Below, piece after piece: positions 9,196 through 18,191 of a stretch of 32,000 bases of DNA. How positions within the stretch are numbered: the stretch's first letter is position 1; each line of letters starts with the position of its first letter. The notes under the pieces are model-generated. The model searched no databases. It worked only from the letters and a program-made list of their open reading frames with translations, and had not been told where the DNA came from. The position numbers were made by a program, and so were the translations under genes. Origin of the DNA: Parasynechococcus marenigrum WH 8102 (GTDB taxonomy: Bacteria; Cyanobacteriota; Cyanobacteriia; PCC-6307; Cyanobiaceae); the NCBI RefSeq assembly GCF_000195975.1, contig NC_005070.1:210001-242000 (forward strand). The letters are read 5' to 3'.

Positions 9196-10625
9196 CAACG
9201 CCACGCGTTCTGTTCTGGCACCGGCGTGATCTCCGCCTGACGGACAACCTCGGTTTGGCTGCTGCTGCAGCGATCAGCCCCGCCGTCACTGGTGTCTATG
9301 TGCTGGATCCGCAGGTGATCTCCCCTTCGGAGCATCTGCTGCCGATGGCTCCGGCTCGATTGTGGTTTCTGATCGAGAGCCTGATTGAGCTGCAACAGCG
9401 CTGGCGGGATGCCGGCAGTCGACTGCTAGTTGTGGAGGGCGATCCTGTGCAGCTGCTGCCGCAGTTGGCGGAGCGGATTGCTGCCGAGGCGGTGGTGTGG
9501 AACCGGGATGTGGAGCCCTATGCCCGTGAACGGGATCGTCAGGTGGCTCAGCGGCTGCAGGCGGATGGCCGCAAGGTGGTGGTGGATTGGGACCAGCTGC
9601 TGATTGCCCCGGAGCTGCTCAAGACCGGCGGAGGAGATCCCTATCGCGTTTATGGCCCATTCCTGCGCAACTGGCGCGGACAGGTGCAGGCCAAACAGCC
9701 CGTCACTGTTCCAGCACCGGCGGGCCTCGTTGATCTCGATCCGGCCGCCGTGCCATCGGGCGAACCCCTCATGGCACGGCGGGACAGCCATGGTTTCAAG
9801 GGGACCGAGCTCTGCCCCTGCCGTCCCGGCGAGGCGGCGGCGATGCAGCAGCTCACCAGCTTCTGTGATGGCGCCCTGTTCGGTTACGAACCGGACCGCA
9901 ACTTCCCTGGCGTCGTCGGTACCTCGTACCTCAGTGCCGCGTTAAGCGTTGGCACCCTCAGCCCACGCCAGGCCTGGTCTGCAGCCCAGGAGGCCCGTGA
10001 GCAGGCCCGCAGCGAAGAGCAGCTTCACGCCATTGCTGTTTGGGAGCAGGAGTTGTGCTGGCGCGAGTTCTACCAACAGGCCCTGTTTCATTTCCCCGAA
10101 TTGTCGGATGGTCCCTACCGCGAGCAGTGGCGCCGCTTCCCCTGGGAGAACAACGAAGACTGGTTCGATTTCTGGAGGGAGGGTCAGACCGGCATGCCGA
10201 TCATTGACGCCGCCATGCGCCAGCTGAACCAGACCGGTTGGATGCACAACCGCTGCCGCATGATCGTGGCTTCGTACCTGGTGAAGGATCTGATCTGCGA
10301 CTGGCGCTGGGGGGAGCGCGCCTTCATGGAACTGGAGGTGGATGGCGATCTGGCCGCCAACAACGGTGGCTGGCAGTGGAGCGCCAGCAGTGGCATGGAC
10401 CCCAAGCCCCTGCGGATCTTCAACCCCGCCACGCAGGCCTCAAAGTTTGATGCAGCCGGCGATTACATCCGCCAGTGGGTACCGGAACTGCGCCATGTGA
10501 ACACCAAGGACCTGCTCAGTGGTGAGATCGGTGCTCTTGAACGGCGCGACTATCCCGAACCATTGGTCAATCACAAAACCCAGCAGGCCAAATTTAAGGC
10601 GCTTTACGCCACCATCCGCTCCTGA
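9192..10625 (+). CDS. phr: Class I deoxyribodipyrimidine (CPD) photolyase
   Basis: N-terminal alpha/beta domain (VLFWHRRDLRLTDNLGL) and FAD domain motifs (TSYLSAALSVGTLSPRQ; TGMPIIDAAMRQLNQTGWMHNRCRMIVASYL; DGDLAANNGGWQWSASSG). ATG 9192-9194 overlaps the Nudix stop TGA 9193-9195 (ATGA). Confidence 0.93.
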   Translation: MTTPRVLFWHRRDLRLTDNLGLAAAAAISPAVTGVYVLDPQVISPSEHLLPMAPARLWFLIESLIELQQRWRDAGSRLLVVEGDPVQLLPQLAERIAAEAVVWNRDVEPYARERDRQVAQRLQADGRKVVVDWDQLLIAPELLKTGGGDPYRVYGPFLRNWRGQVQAKQPVTVPAPAGLVDLDPAAVPSGEPLMARRDSHGFKGTELCPCRPGEAAAMQQLTSFCDGALFGYEPDRNFPGVVGTSYLSAALSVGTLSPRQAWSAAQEAREQARSEEQLHAIAVWEQELCWREFYQQALFHFPELSDGPYREQWRRFPWENNEDWFDFWREGQTGMPIIDAAMRQLNQTGWMHNRCRMIVASYLVKDLICDWRWGERAFMELEVDGDLAANNGGWQWSASSGMDPKPLRIFNPATQASKFDAAGDYIRQWVPELRHVNTKDLLSGEIGALERRDYPEPLVNHKTQQAKFKALYATIRS

Positions 10626-11845
10626 TCGCCCGCCACCGGCAAGGGTGTGGGTTTGGATCGCTCCAGCAACTGCGTCACGGTGTCGATCACGGTTTGCTGG
10701 TGCTCTTGGTCCAGTTCCGGGAAGATCGGCAGGCTCAGCACCTGGCTGCAGAGCTGATCTGTCACGGGAAGGGAGCCCTGTTCGAGCTCCAGGTCGGCGT
10801 AGGCCGGCTGACGGTGGATCGGGATGGGGTAGTAAATGATCGTGTTCACGCCACGCTCCATCAGGGTCTGCTTCAGCCAGTCCCGGCAGCAGCTTTCCGG
10901 CAGTCCATGACTCGCACTGGTCGCCGATGGTGAGCAGCGGGCGTTGCAGAGGGGCTGACCCGTGGGGCAGCTGCCGATGCGCACCACAAACTGATTCCAG
11001 CTGTGACCCTCCTCTGGGTTCGGCAGGGTCAGTCCGGGCAAGTCGGTCAAGTGCGTGCGATAGCGCTCTGCGATTGCTGTGCGGCGCTCAATCCAGCCCT
11101 TCAGCTTGGGCAGCTTCACTTTCAGCACAGCTGCCTGAATCGCATCGAGGCGGCTGTTGTATCCCAGCGCCGTGTGCAGGTAGCGCTTCGGCATACCGTG
11201 CACCGCCAGCTCCCGCATGATTTGTGCGAGGGCATCGTCGTTGCTGGTGGCTGCACCGCCATCCCCAGCCGCACCAAGATTCTTGGTGGGGAAAAAGCTG
11301 AAGCAGCCCACATCACCAAAACTTCCCACGGGCTGGCCGTTCCACTGGGCTCCTGTGGCCTGAGCACAGTCTTCAACCACTTTGAGGTTGTGGGTTTCGG
11401 CGATGGCCATCAGTCGGCCCATGTCGACTGGCCGGCCGAACAGATGCACCGGCATCAAGGCCTTCGTCGCCGGGGTGATCACCGTTTCGATCTGATCGAG
11501 ATCGATCAGGTACGTGGCCGGGTCCACATCCACGAACACCGGCGTGGCACCGACGGCGCTGATGGCTTCAGCCGTGGCAAAAAAACTGAAGGAGCAGGTG
11601 ATCACTTCATCCCCGGCACCAATGCCGAGGGCTCTCAGAGCAAGGATCAGGGCATCGGTGCCGCTGTTGCAGCCCACTGCATGGCGGCAGCCGACGCTGG
11701 CGGCAAAGGAGTCTTCAAACTGCTTGATCTGCGGTCCGCCGATGTATTGACCGCTGCGCAACACGTTCAGTACCGCCTCCTCGAGGTCCTGGCCCAGATC
11801 GCTGATCTGCTGGCTGAGGCTGAAAGGAGGCACCTGCATAAACAA
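10604..11845 (-). CDS. DegT/DnrJ/EryC1/StrS-family PLP-dependent aminotransferase
   Basis: GGPQIKQFEDSFA...AVGCNSGTDALILALRALGIGAGDEVI...VEDCAQATGA...SFFPTKNLGAAGDGG, with the PLP lysine in FPTKNL. It contains a Cys-rich insertion (see findings). Confidence 0.88.
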   Translation of the reverse strand: MFMQVPPFSLSQQISDLGQDLEEAVLNVLRSGQYIGGPQIKQFEDSFAASVGCRHAVGCNSGTDALILALRALGIGAGDEVITCSFSFFATAEAISAVGATPVFVDVDPATYLIDLDQIETVITPATKALMPVHLFGRPVDMGRLMAIAETHNLKVVEDCAQATGAQWNGQPVGSFGDVGCFSFFPTKNLGAAGDGGAATSNDDALAQIMRELAVHGMPKRYLHTALGYNSRLDAIQAAVLKVKLPKLKGWIERRTAIAERYRTHLTDLPGLTLPNPEEGHSWNQFVVRIGSCPTGQPLCNARCSPSATSASHGLPESCCRDWLKQTLMERGVNTIIYYPIPIHRQPAYADLELEQGSLPVTDQLCSQVLSLPIFPELDQEHQQTVIDTVTQLLERSKPTPLPVAGDQERMVA

Positions 11846-11858
11846 AAGCTTAAGCGGA

Positions 11859-12443
11859 TCAGCCGAACCAATCCGGTTCCTGTCCGGGGTTCCATTTCAC
11901 GTTGCAGCCCACCGAAGGACGTTGCTCTGGATTCACGGCCTGGCCAGCGAGCATTGCATCGAGGGCTGCGCGCAGATCAACGCCGTTGAGCGGCACGTCG
12001 TTGCCGGGGCGGCTGCCATCGAGCTGACCGCGATACAGCAGGGTCTGCAGGCCATTCGCATCAGCGTCGAACAGATAAAACTCTGGGGTGCAGGCGGCCC
12101 GCAGGGCCTTGGCCAGGCTCTGTTGCTCATCCAGCAGATAGGGAAAGCTCCAGCCCCAACGCTTGGCCTGATCGGCCAACTGCTTTGGTCCGTCCTGGGG
12201 ATGGGTGATCAGGCTGTTGCTGCTGACCGCCAGCAACTGAACCGCAGTGCCGTAATCCTGCTCCAGCCGGCTCACTTCCGGTTCCACGTGCTTCACAAAC
12301 GGGCAGTGGGCACAGATCACCATCAGCAGCAGTGGCCGCCCATGCAGGTCGGCAGAGCTGATGCTGCCGCCAGCAACTACCGGCAGGGAGAACGCCGGTA
12401 ACGGAGTTCCCAGCTCCAACATCGTTGATGGTGTGAGGGCCAT
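11859..12443 (-). CDS. Thioredoxin-fold (AhpC/TSA/redoxin-like) thiol-disulfide oxidoreductase
   Basis: LPAFSLP...LHGRPLLLMVICAHCPFVKH has the CxxC (CAHC) motif at the expected position of a redoxin fold. It ends 13 nt upstream of the DegT gene on the same strand. Confidence 0.75.
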   Translation of the reverse strand: MALTPSTMLELGTPLPAFSLPVVAGGSISSADLHGRPLLLMVICAHCPFVKHVEPEVSRLEQDYGTAVQLLAVSSNSLITHPQDGPKQLADQAKRWGWSFPYLLDEQQSLAKALRAACTPEFYLFDADANGLQTLLYRGQLDGSRPGNDVPLNGVDLRAALDAMLAGQAVNPEQRPSVGCNVKWNPGQEPDWFG

Positions 12444-12501
12444 GGCGATTCCTGCAGGTCCGTCGGGTTGCCATCAGGATGGCCGCTGCTTGTGAAAAGC
12501 G

Positions 12502-13014
12502 ATGCAGCGCGGGCTGGTCATGGCAGGGGTGATGGTGTTGCTGGGTTGTACGGCGCCTGCGGAACCCCCCAGCTGGCGGGTCATGCCCCTGCAGCGCTAT
12601 GCCCCCCATGACGGCTTGGCGGTGGTGAACCAGCCCGATGGCTACGGACTGCACATCTTTCTGGAGACCGACACCAGTGATCCAGCGATTTGTCGACCGC
12701 GCTGGCTGCCGGACCCAGCCCGTTTGTTCAACGGCAACGGCACGACACCGTTCAGCTCCGGTCTGGCGACCCGCAACGAGTTCTTTGCGGCGGTGGCACG
12801 CAACGACGTGACGAAGGCCCTGCAGCGTGAGCTGGAAGCACTGTGCAAGCAGCGCGCCCCTGATGCCCGTTGGCTCTGGGCTGAACCGCCGCGGTCCGAG
12901 GCGGAGGTTCTGCCTGTGCAACTGCCGGCCCTGGAGCAGGGGGAGCTGCTCACCAACCCCGTCGATGAGTTGGAGCGGGTTGAAGCCTTGCTGCGCAGTC
13001 AGCCGGGGCTGTAG
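12502..13014 (+). CDS. Putative lipoprotein, function unknown
   Basis: Signal peptide with a lipobox (MQRGLVMAGVMVLLGC). The composition is protein-like, unlike the Arg/Gly-rich antisense ORF at 12127-13023. Confidence 0.6.
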   Translation: MQRGLVMAGVMVLLGCTAPAEPPSWRVMPLQRYAPHDGLAVVNQPDGYGLHIFLETDTSDPAICRPRWLPDPARLFNGNGTTPFSSGLATRNEFFAAVARNDVTKALQRELEALCKQRAPDARWLWAEPPRSEAEVLPVQLPALEQGELLTNPVDELERVEALLRSQPGL

Positions 13015-13436
13015 CCCTCCCACACCACCGGTTCCGCCTCCCGCCAGTAACGGCTGAAGCGTCCGAGCCGTGGCGGCCGGGGAAGCTCCACAAAGGGATC
13101 AGGATCCAGTTCGTCGAGAGGAAGCTCCGCTCCAATCGCATCGGCGATCTGCTGCAGGCGCGGATCCACGGCGGAGCTGGTCACCACGCCGTCAGCGTCG
13201 TGGCGCTGCGCGAAGGCCAGCACTTCAGCGGCCACATCGCCCTTGCGCAGGGTGAGAGGGAGCTCCAGGGCCGCCTCGTAGAGAAAGCCCAGCCGTTTGC
13301 GGCTGATTCGGCTGGCCTGAATCCACTGGGTGTCAAAGACGAACAGAGCGGGGGCATCAGGCCAGGCCCGCAGGGCGGGATTGGCGGGGCCAAGGGCCTC
13401 ATCGTGAATCCAGAGGATCGGTCGTTGCATCGTCAT
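12999..13436 (-). CDS. Photolyase alpha/beta (N-terminal-domain-like) protein; downstream half of a split photolyase-like pair
   Basis: ILWIHDEALGPANPAL...PALFVFD...RLGFLYEAALELPLTLRKGDVAAEVLAFAQRHDADGVVTS parallels the photolyase N-terminal domain pattern seen in the phr gene at 9192 (VLFWHRRDLRLTDN...VYVLD...WFLIESLIELQ...VVEGDPVQLLPQLAERIAAEAVVWN). Confidence 0.65.
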   Translation of the reverse strand: MTMQRPILWIHDEALGPANPALRAWPDAPALFVFDTQWIQASRISRKRLGFLYEAALELPLTLRKGDVAAEVLAFAQRHDADGVVTSSAVDPRLQQIADAIGAELPLDELDPDPFVELPRPPRLGRFSRYWREAEPVVWEGYSPG

Positions 13437-13451
13437 GGTGTCGGTCCGGAT

Positions 13452-14351
13452 CTAGCGCTTGGGACGGGCCAGGGCGGCACTGGCGCCTCCGCCGTTCCTG
13501 CGCTGGCGGTTGCGTCCCGTTCCGGTGTCCCGAATGGCCGGCATCGGGGCAAACAGCTGGCTTTCCAGCTGGTCGTAACTGCCCTCAAATGGACAGTCAG
13601 CGGCGCTGGGGCATTCTTCGCAGTACCGGCCATCGCTGTAGCGCTCCAGGTTGCCGCGGTTGAAGAAGTAGGGCTTGTGGCTGAAGCTGCTGGCCACCCA
13701 CTGCCAACTGAGGTGGTTGCTGGCGGGATCGCCATCCAGCAGATGCTCGAGGAACCAGTTGGCCCCGGCTGTCCAATGCACCCGCCGCCAGTGCACAAGC
13801 CAGGCGGCCATCCACATCCGGGCGTGGTTGTGCAGCCATCCCGTGGTCACCAGCTTGTCGCGGAAGCCATCCATGCAGGCCAGTCCGGTGCGGCCGTCGC
13901 GCACGTCCTGGGGTAGCTCTCTGGCATAGGAGCTGGCGTCGTGACCGGTCTTGAATGCCTCCTGGTCGTCGTGGATGCCGTCGCCCAGATCGAGCCACAT
14001 CCGCTGCCAGAAGTCGCGCCAGCCCAATTCGTTGATCAATTTCCCGCCATCGTCCCGCTTGCGGATCCGCTCAAACACCGCCTGCTTCACCTCCGCCAGC
14101 GTCAGCACGCCGTGGCGGATGTACGGAGAGAGGCCGGTGACGGCACCGTTCAGATGGTTGCGGCTTTTGGCGTAGCGAGCCGGTTGCACCCCCGCCAACT
14201 TGGCTTCCGCGGCCTGGCGGCCACCGGGGATCGGACTGAGCGGTCCCTCTGCGCTGGGAAATTCCTCAACCAGCAGCGCCTCGAGGGCGTCTCGTGAGGC
14301 GAACTGACGGGGCAGATCGCCAGGGTTGTGGGGTGACGGGGTGCTGGGCAC
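13452..14351 (-). CDS. Photolyase/cryptochrome FAD-binding (catalytic) domain protein lacking the alpha/beta domain
   Basis: GLSPYIRHGVLTLAEV; LINELGWRDFWQ; TGLACMDGFRDKLVTTGWLHNHARMWMAAWL; DGDPASNHLSWQWVASS. GTG start at 14349-14351. The protein begins at the point where the FAD domain starts in canonical photolyases. Confidence 0.8.
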   Translation of the reverse strand: MPSTPSPHNPGDLPRQFASRDALEALLVEEFPSAEGPLSPIPGGRQAAEAKLAGVQPARYAKSRNHLNGAVTGLSPYIRHGVLTLAEVKQAVFERIRKRDDGGKLINELGWRDFWQRMWLDLGDGIHDDQEAFKTGHDASSYARELPQDVRDGRTGLACMDGFRDKLVTTGWLHNHARMWMAAWLVHWRRVHWTAGANWFLEHLLDGDPASNHLSWQWVASSFSHKPYFFNRGNLERYSDGRYCEECPSAADCPFEGSYDQLESQLFAPMPAIRDTGTGRNRQRRNGGGASAALARPKR

Positions 14352-14434
14352 CGGCCTTTTGAAGCAAGCAAGCCGAGATCCTGGCGGGGGATGGGGGAGA
14401 ATCGCGCGATCTCAACCCGTTCCGGTCCATTCCG

Positions 14435-15217
14435 ATGCTGCTTGATCTCACCGGCAAGAAGATCCTCGTCACCGGCATCGCTAACAACCGTTCGATCGCC
14501 TGGGGGATTGCTCAGCAGCTCAAGGCGGCCGGTGCTGAGCTCGGCATCACCTATCTGCCTGATGACAAAGGCCGCTTCGAGGCCAAGGTGCGCGAACTCA
14601 CTGCTCCCCTGGAGCCCAGCCTGTTCCTGCCTCTGAATGTTCAGGACGCCGACCAGATGGCTGAGGTTTTCGGCGAGATCAAGGCGAAGTGGGGCGTTCT
14701 TGATGGTCTGGTGCACTGCCTGGCCTTTGCCGGCAAGGAGGAGTTGATCGGCGACTACAGCGCCACCACGGCGGAAGGTTTTGCCCGCTCACTGGATATA
14801 AGCGCCTATTCCCTGGCCCCGCTCTGTGCCCATGCCAAGCCGTTGTTCAGCGAGAAGGCCGGCGTGATCACGCTGTCCTATCTCGGCGCTGAGCGGGCGA
14901 TTCCCAACTACAACGTAATGGGCGTCGCCAAGGCGGCTCTTGAGGCTTCCGTTCGCTATCTGGCCGCAGAGCTGGGTCCCGAGAAGCAGGTGCGCGTCAA
15001 CGCCATCAGCGCCGGCCCTATCCGCACCCTGGCCAGCTCTGCCATTGGCGGCATTCTCGACATGATCCACAACGTGGAGGAAAAGGCTCCCCTGCGCCGC
15101 ACCGTGACTCAGATGGAGGTGGGTGGCACCGCTGCCTTCCTGCTCAGTGATCTGGCCAGCGGCATCTCCGGTCAGACCATCTACGTCGATGCGGGCTACT
15201 GCGTCACCGGCATGTGA
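14435..15217 (+). CDS. fabI: Enoyl-[acyl-carrier-protein] reductase (NADH)
   Basis: [22 protein letters not shown]...; [30 protein letters not shown] (Y-x6-K); [12 protein letters not shown]. Confidence 0.93.
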   Translation: MLLDLTGKKILVTGIANNRSIAWGIAQQLKAAGAELGITYLPDDKGRFEAKVRELTAPLEPSLFLPLNVQDADQMAEVFGEIKAKWGVLDGLVHCLAFAGKEELIGDYSATTAEGFARSLDISAYSLAPLCAHAKPLFSEKAGVITLSYLGAERAIPNYNVMGVAKAALEASVRYLAAELGPEKQVRVNAISAGPIRTLASSAIGGILDMIHNVEEKAPLRRTVTQMEVGGTAAFLLSDLASGISGQTIYVDAGYCVTGM

Positions 15218-15246
15218 GGCAGCATGAGGGCAGTGGAGCAACGGTG

Positions 15247-15855
15247 ATGGCACGTCAGGGAGACATCCATCGGGTCACCGGTGAAACCGACGTGAAGGTG
15301 CGGCTGGACCTGGACGGCTCCGGCCAATGCCAGGCCAGCACCGGTGTGCCGTTCCTTGACCACATGCTTCATCAGATCAGCAGCCACGGCCTGATCGACC
15401 TGGAGATCAATGCGGTGGGAGACACCCACATTGACGATCACCACACCAATGAAGATGTGGGCATCGCTGTGGGTCAGGCCCTGGCCCAGGCCCTGGGGGA
15501 CCGCCGCGGCATCCACCGCTTCGGTCACTTTGCGGCACCGCTGGATGAGGCCCTGGTGCAGGTCGCCCTGGATTGTTCCGGACGCCCCCATCTGAGCTAC
15601 AGCCTCAGCATTCCCAGTCAGAAGATCGGCAGCTACGACACCGAGTTGGTGAAGGAGTTCTTCGTGGCGGTGGTGAACAACAGCGGCCTCACGTTGCACA
15701 TCCGCCAGCTCGATGGCGTGAACTCTCACCACATCGTGGAGGCCTGTTTCAAGGCCTTTTCCAGGGCGTTGCGCATGGCCACGGAAATCGATCCCCGTCG
15801 TGCGGGTGCCATTCCCAGTAGCAAAGGGGTGCTTGAGCAAGCTGGCGCCAACTGA
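15247..15855 (+). CDS. hisB: Imidazoleglycerol-phosphate dehydratase
   Basis: [16 protein letters not shown]...[16 protein letters not shown]...[22 protein letters not shown]...[20 protein letters not shown] 15247 is preferred. An alternative GTG at 15214 would overlap the fabI stop (GTGA). Confidence 0.9.
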   Translation: MARQGDIHRVTGETDVKVRLDLDGSGQCQASTGVPFLDHMLHQISSHGLIDLEINAVGDTHIDDHHTNEDVGIAVGQALAQALGDRRGIHRFGHFAAPLDEALVQVALDCSGRPHLSYSLSIPSQKIGSYDTELVKEFFVAVVNNSGLTLHIRQLDGVNSHHIVEACFKAFSRALRMATEIDPRRAGAIPSSKGVLEQAGAN

Positions 15856-15915
15856 CGCCATCCCCGCGCTTCACAGTCCGTTACGAGAGGATGGGTCAAC
15901 GTTGTCTGTTGGCCT

Positions 15916-17385
15916 GTGACCGTCGCCCCCGCCCGTCCCTACAACCGCAGCGACTGGGCTAGCTCCTTCGTCAACGTCGACGAGGAACTCACCGACGTGG
16001 CTCTCACCCCCGTACGAGGGGTCGTGCCGGCGGAACTCCAAGGCACCTTCTACCGCAATGGCCCTGGCCGCTTGGAGCGGGATGGCCAGCGGGTGCATCA
16101 CCCCTTTGATGGCGACGGCATGATCGCGGCGATGCGGTTTGACAACGGACGCGTCCAGCTGACCAATCGCTTCGTTCGCACCGAGGGCTGGCTGGCGGAG
16201 GAGAAGGCCGATAAAGTGTTGTATCGCGGTGTCTTCGGGAGTCAGAAGCCTGGTGGGCGGTTAGCCAATGCCTTCGACCTGCGGTTGAAGAACATTGCCA
16301 ACACCAATGTGGTTCGACTGGGGGACCAGCTCCTGGCTCTCTGGGAAGCGGCCGAGCCCCACGCCCTTGATCCTCAAAGCCTGGAAACGCGTGGGCTGTC
16401 ACGGCTGGACGGCGTGCTTAAAAAGGGTGAGGCCTTCAGTGCCCATCCCCGCTTCGACCCCGGCCATAACGGCCGGCCCAGCATGGTCACCTTTGGGGTG
16501 AAGACAGGCCCCCGCAGCACCATCCGTCTGATGGAATTCGCCACGGAGGGTCCTGACGCTGGAACCTTGCTGCACGATCGTTCCGACAGCTTCCCTGGTT
16601 TCGCCTTCCTGCACGACTTCGCCATCACCCCCAATTGGGCGGTGTTCCTGCAAAACGCCATCGCCTTCAACCCCCTGCCCTTCGTCACCGGTGAAAAAGG
16701 GGCAGCCCAGTGTTTGCAGTCCAAACCGGGTGGCAAGGGGCGTTTCTGGCTGATCCCTCGGGATTCCGGCGAGTTCGCGGGGCAGAAGCCCCGCATCCTG
16801 GAAGCCCCTGAGGGATTTGTTTTCCATCACCTCAACGCTTTTGAGGACGGCGATCACGTGGTGGTGGAGAGCATCGTCTACGACGACTTCCCCTCCATCG
16901 GCCCTGACGATGACTTCGCCGAGGTGGATTTCGACACGGTGCCCGAAGGAATCCTGCATCGCTGTCGCCTTGATCTCAGCCGCGAGATTGTGAACACCGA
17001 GCGGATTTCAGAGCGCACCTGCGAGTTCGCCATGGTGAACCCGGAGCGGCAGGGGCTGAGTGCCCAGTTCGCCTGGATGGCGGTGGCCGAGCGGGAGACC
17101 GGCAACGATCCGCTGCAGGCCGTTCAGAAGTTGGATCTCAGCAGCGGTGCCACCCACACCTGGAGTGCTGCACCCCGCGGATTCGTGAGTGAACCATTGA
17201 TGGTGCGCCGTCCCGGTGCTGAAGCCGAAGACGATGGCTGGGTGCTCGATCTCGTCTGGAACGGTGCACGACGGGCCTCCGATCTCGTGATCCTCAATGC
17301 CCGTGATCTGTCTGAAGTGGCGGTGCTGGAGCTGCCGTTGGCGGTGCCCCATGGGCTCCATGGCAGTTGGGCTGCAGAGCTCTGA
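15916..17385 (+). CDS. Carotenoid cleavage oxygenase (apocarotenoid oxygenase / RPE65 family)
   Basis: FYRNGPGRLERDGQRVHHPFDGDGMIAAMRF and the spaced iron-ligand histidine contexts (AHPRFDP, FLHDFAIT, VFHHLNAFE, PHGLHGSW). GTG start. Confidence 0.88.
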   Translation: MTVAPARPYNRSDWASSFVNVDEELTDVALTPVRGVVPAELQGTFYRNGPGRLERDGQRVHHPFDGDGMIAAMRFDNGRVQLTNRFVRTEGWLAEEKADKVLYRGVFGSQKPGGRLANAFDLRLKNIANTNVVRLGDQLLALWEAAEPHALDPQSLETRGLSRLDGVLKKGEAFSAHPRFDPGHNGRPSMVTFGVKTGPRSTIRLMEFATEGPDAGTLLHDRSDSFPGFAFLHDFAITPNWAVFLQNAIAFNPLPFVTGEKGAAQCLQSKPGGKGRFWLIPRDSGEFAGQKPRILEAPEGFVFHHLNAFEDGDHVVVESIVYDDFPSIGPDDDFAEVDFDTVPEGILHRCRLDLSREIVNTERISERTCEFAMVNPERQGLSAQFAWMAVAERETGNDPLQAVQKLDLSSGATHTWSAAPRGFVSEPLMVRRPGAEAEDDGWVLDLVWNGARRASDLVILNARDLSEVAVLELPLAVPHGLHGSWAAEL

Positions 17386-17492
17386 GGCTTTCAGTCAAAT
17401 CTGGTCACACCCTCTCTGCTCTTTGACATCGCCTGGTTGCCTTCAGCGGCGGCTGCGGCGCTACAGCAGGTGAAGAGACCGCGGCGACAGGA

Positions 17493-18191
17493 ATGGTGGT
17501 GAAGGGCGAAAGGATTGCGGCGTGGACATTGCTTGTCTTGTCAGCCTGCATCCTTATCCCTTCGCCTCGACCCCTGCGTGCGGACGTCCTGCCCTGTTCC
17601 GGAACCAGGCTGAAACTTTCGGTGCAGGAGCGGGGCCGCAGTGCAGTGGAGTGTTTCCGCTTTTCCCTGGCCGTTTCGGGTGAGGGAGCTGATGAGGCAA
17701 CAGCACTGCAGCAGCTCAACCGCCGTCTGGCCAGCGTGCGCCGGGAGTTGAAGCCGCTGGTGCAGGGTCAGCTGGTTGTGCCAGCGCCCCACACCCACAA
17801 ACGGGGACGAGCGTCAGAACAGCGCTACGTGGCTAACACAGGCGTGTCCGGACACGTCAGCCTGGGCTCGTACGACCGTTTGATTCAAGCGGTGGGTGCC
17901 ATGCCAGGGGTGCGACTGCAGGGCATGGAATCCGTGGCGGCGCCAGAGAAGGAGGCTGCCCTAAGGCAGCGCTTGATGACGGACGCGTTGAATCAAGGTC
18001 AGGCTGATGCTGCAACGACGGCCCGGGCCATCGGCCGGTCAGAGGTCACTTTGCTGAGCATCGATCGTGCGGGGGCTATGGGCAGGCCGAGACCGCTGCG
18101 GATGGAGGCGGTCGCCAAGGGGTTTGATCCCATGGAAGCCCCCGAACCAACCATCACCCTCCGCCTGCAACTGGAGTACTGCCTCAGTTGA
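17493..18191 (+). CDS. Secreted SIMPL/DUF541-like protein (tentative)
   Basis: Signal peptide (WTLLVLSACILIPSP). The Ala-rich pattern with ...ALNQGQADAATTARAIG...LLSID... resembles the SIMPL family. The family call is from recollection only. Confidence 0.5.
   Translation: MVVKGERIAAWTLLVLSACILIPSPRPLRADVLPCSGTRLKLSVQERGRSAVECFRFSLAVSGEGADEATALQQLNRRLASVRRELKPLVQGQLVVPAPHTHKRGRASEQRYVANTGVSGHVSLGSYDRLIQAVGAMPGVRLQGMESVAAPEKEAALRQRLMTDALNQGQADAATTARAIGRSEVTLLSIDRAGAMGRPRPLRMEAVAKGFDPMEAPEPTITLRLQLEYCLS

Noticed and set aside
17386-17492. The GTCAAA...TTTGAC inverted repeat in the spacer after the carotenoid oxygenase gene; considered as a terminator or sRNA.
   Set aside because: The stem is only 6 bp, the loop is about 24 nt, and there is no U-tract. 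This is too weak to support a feature.
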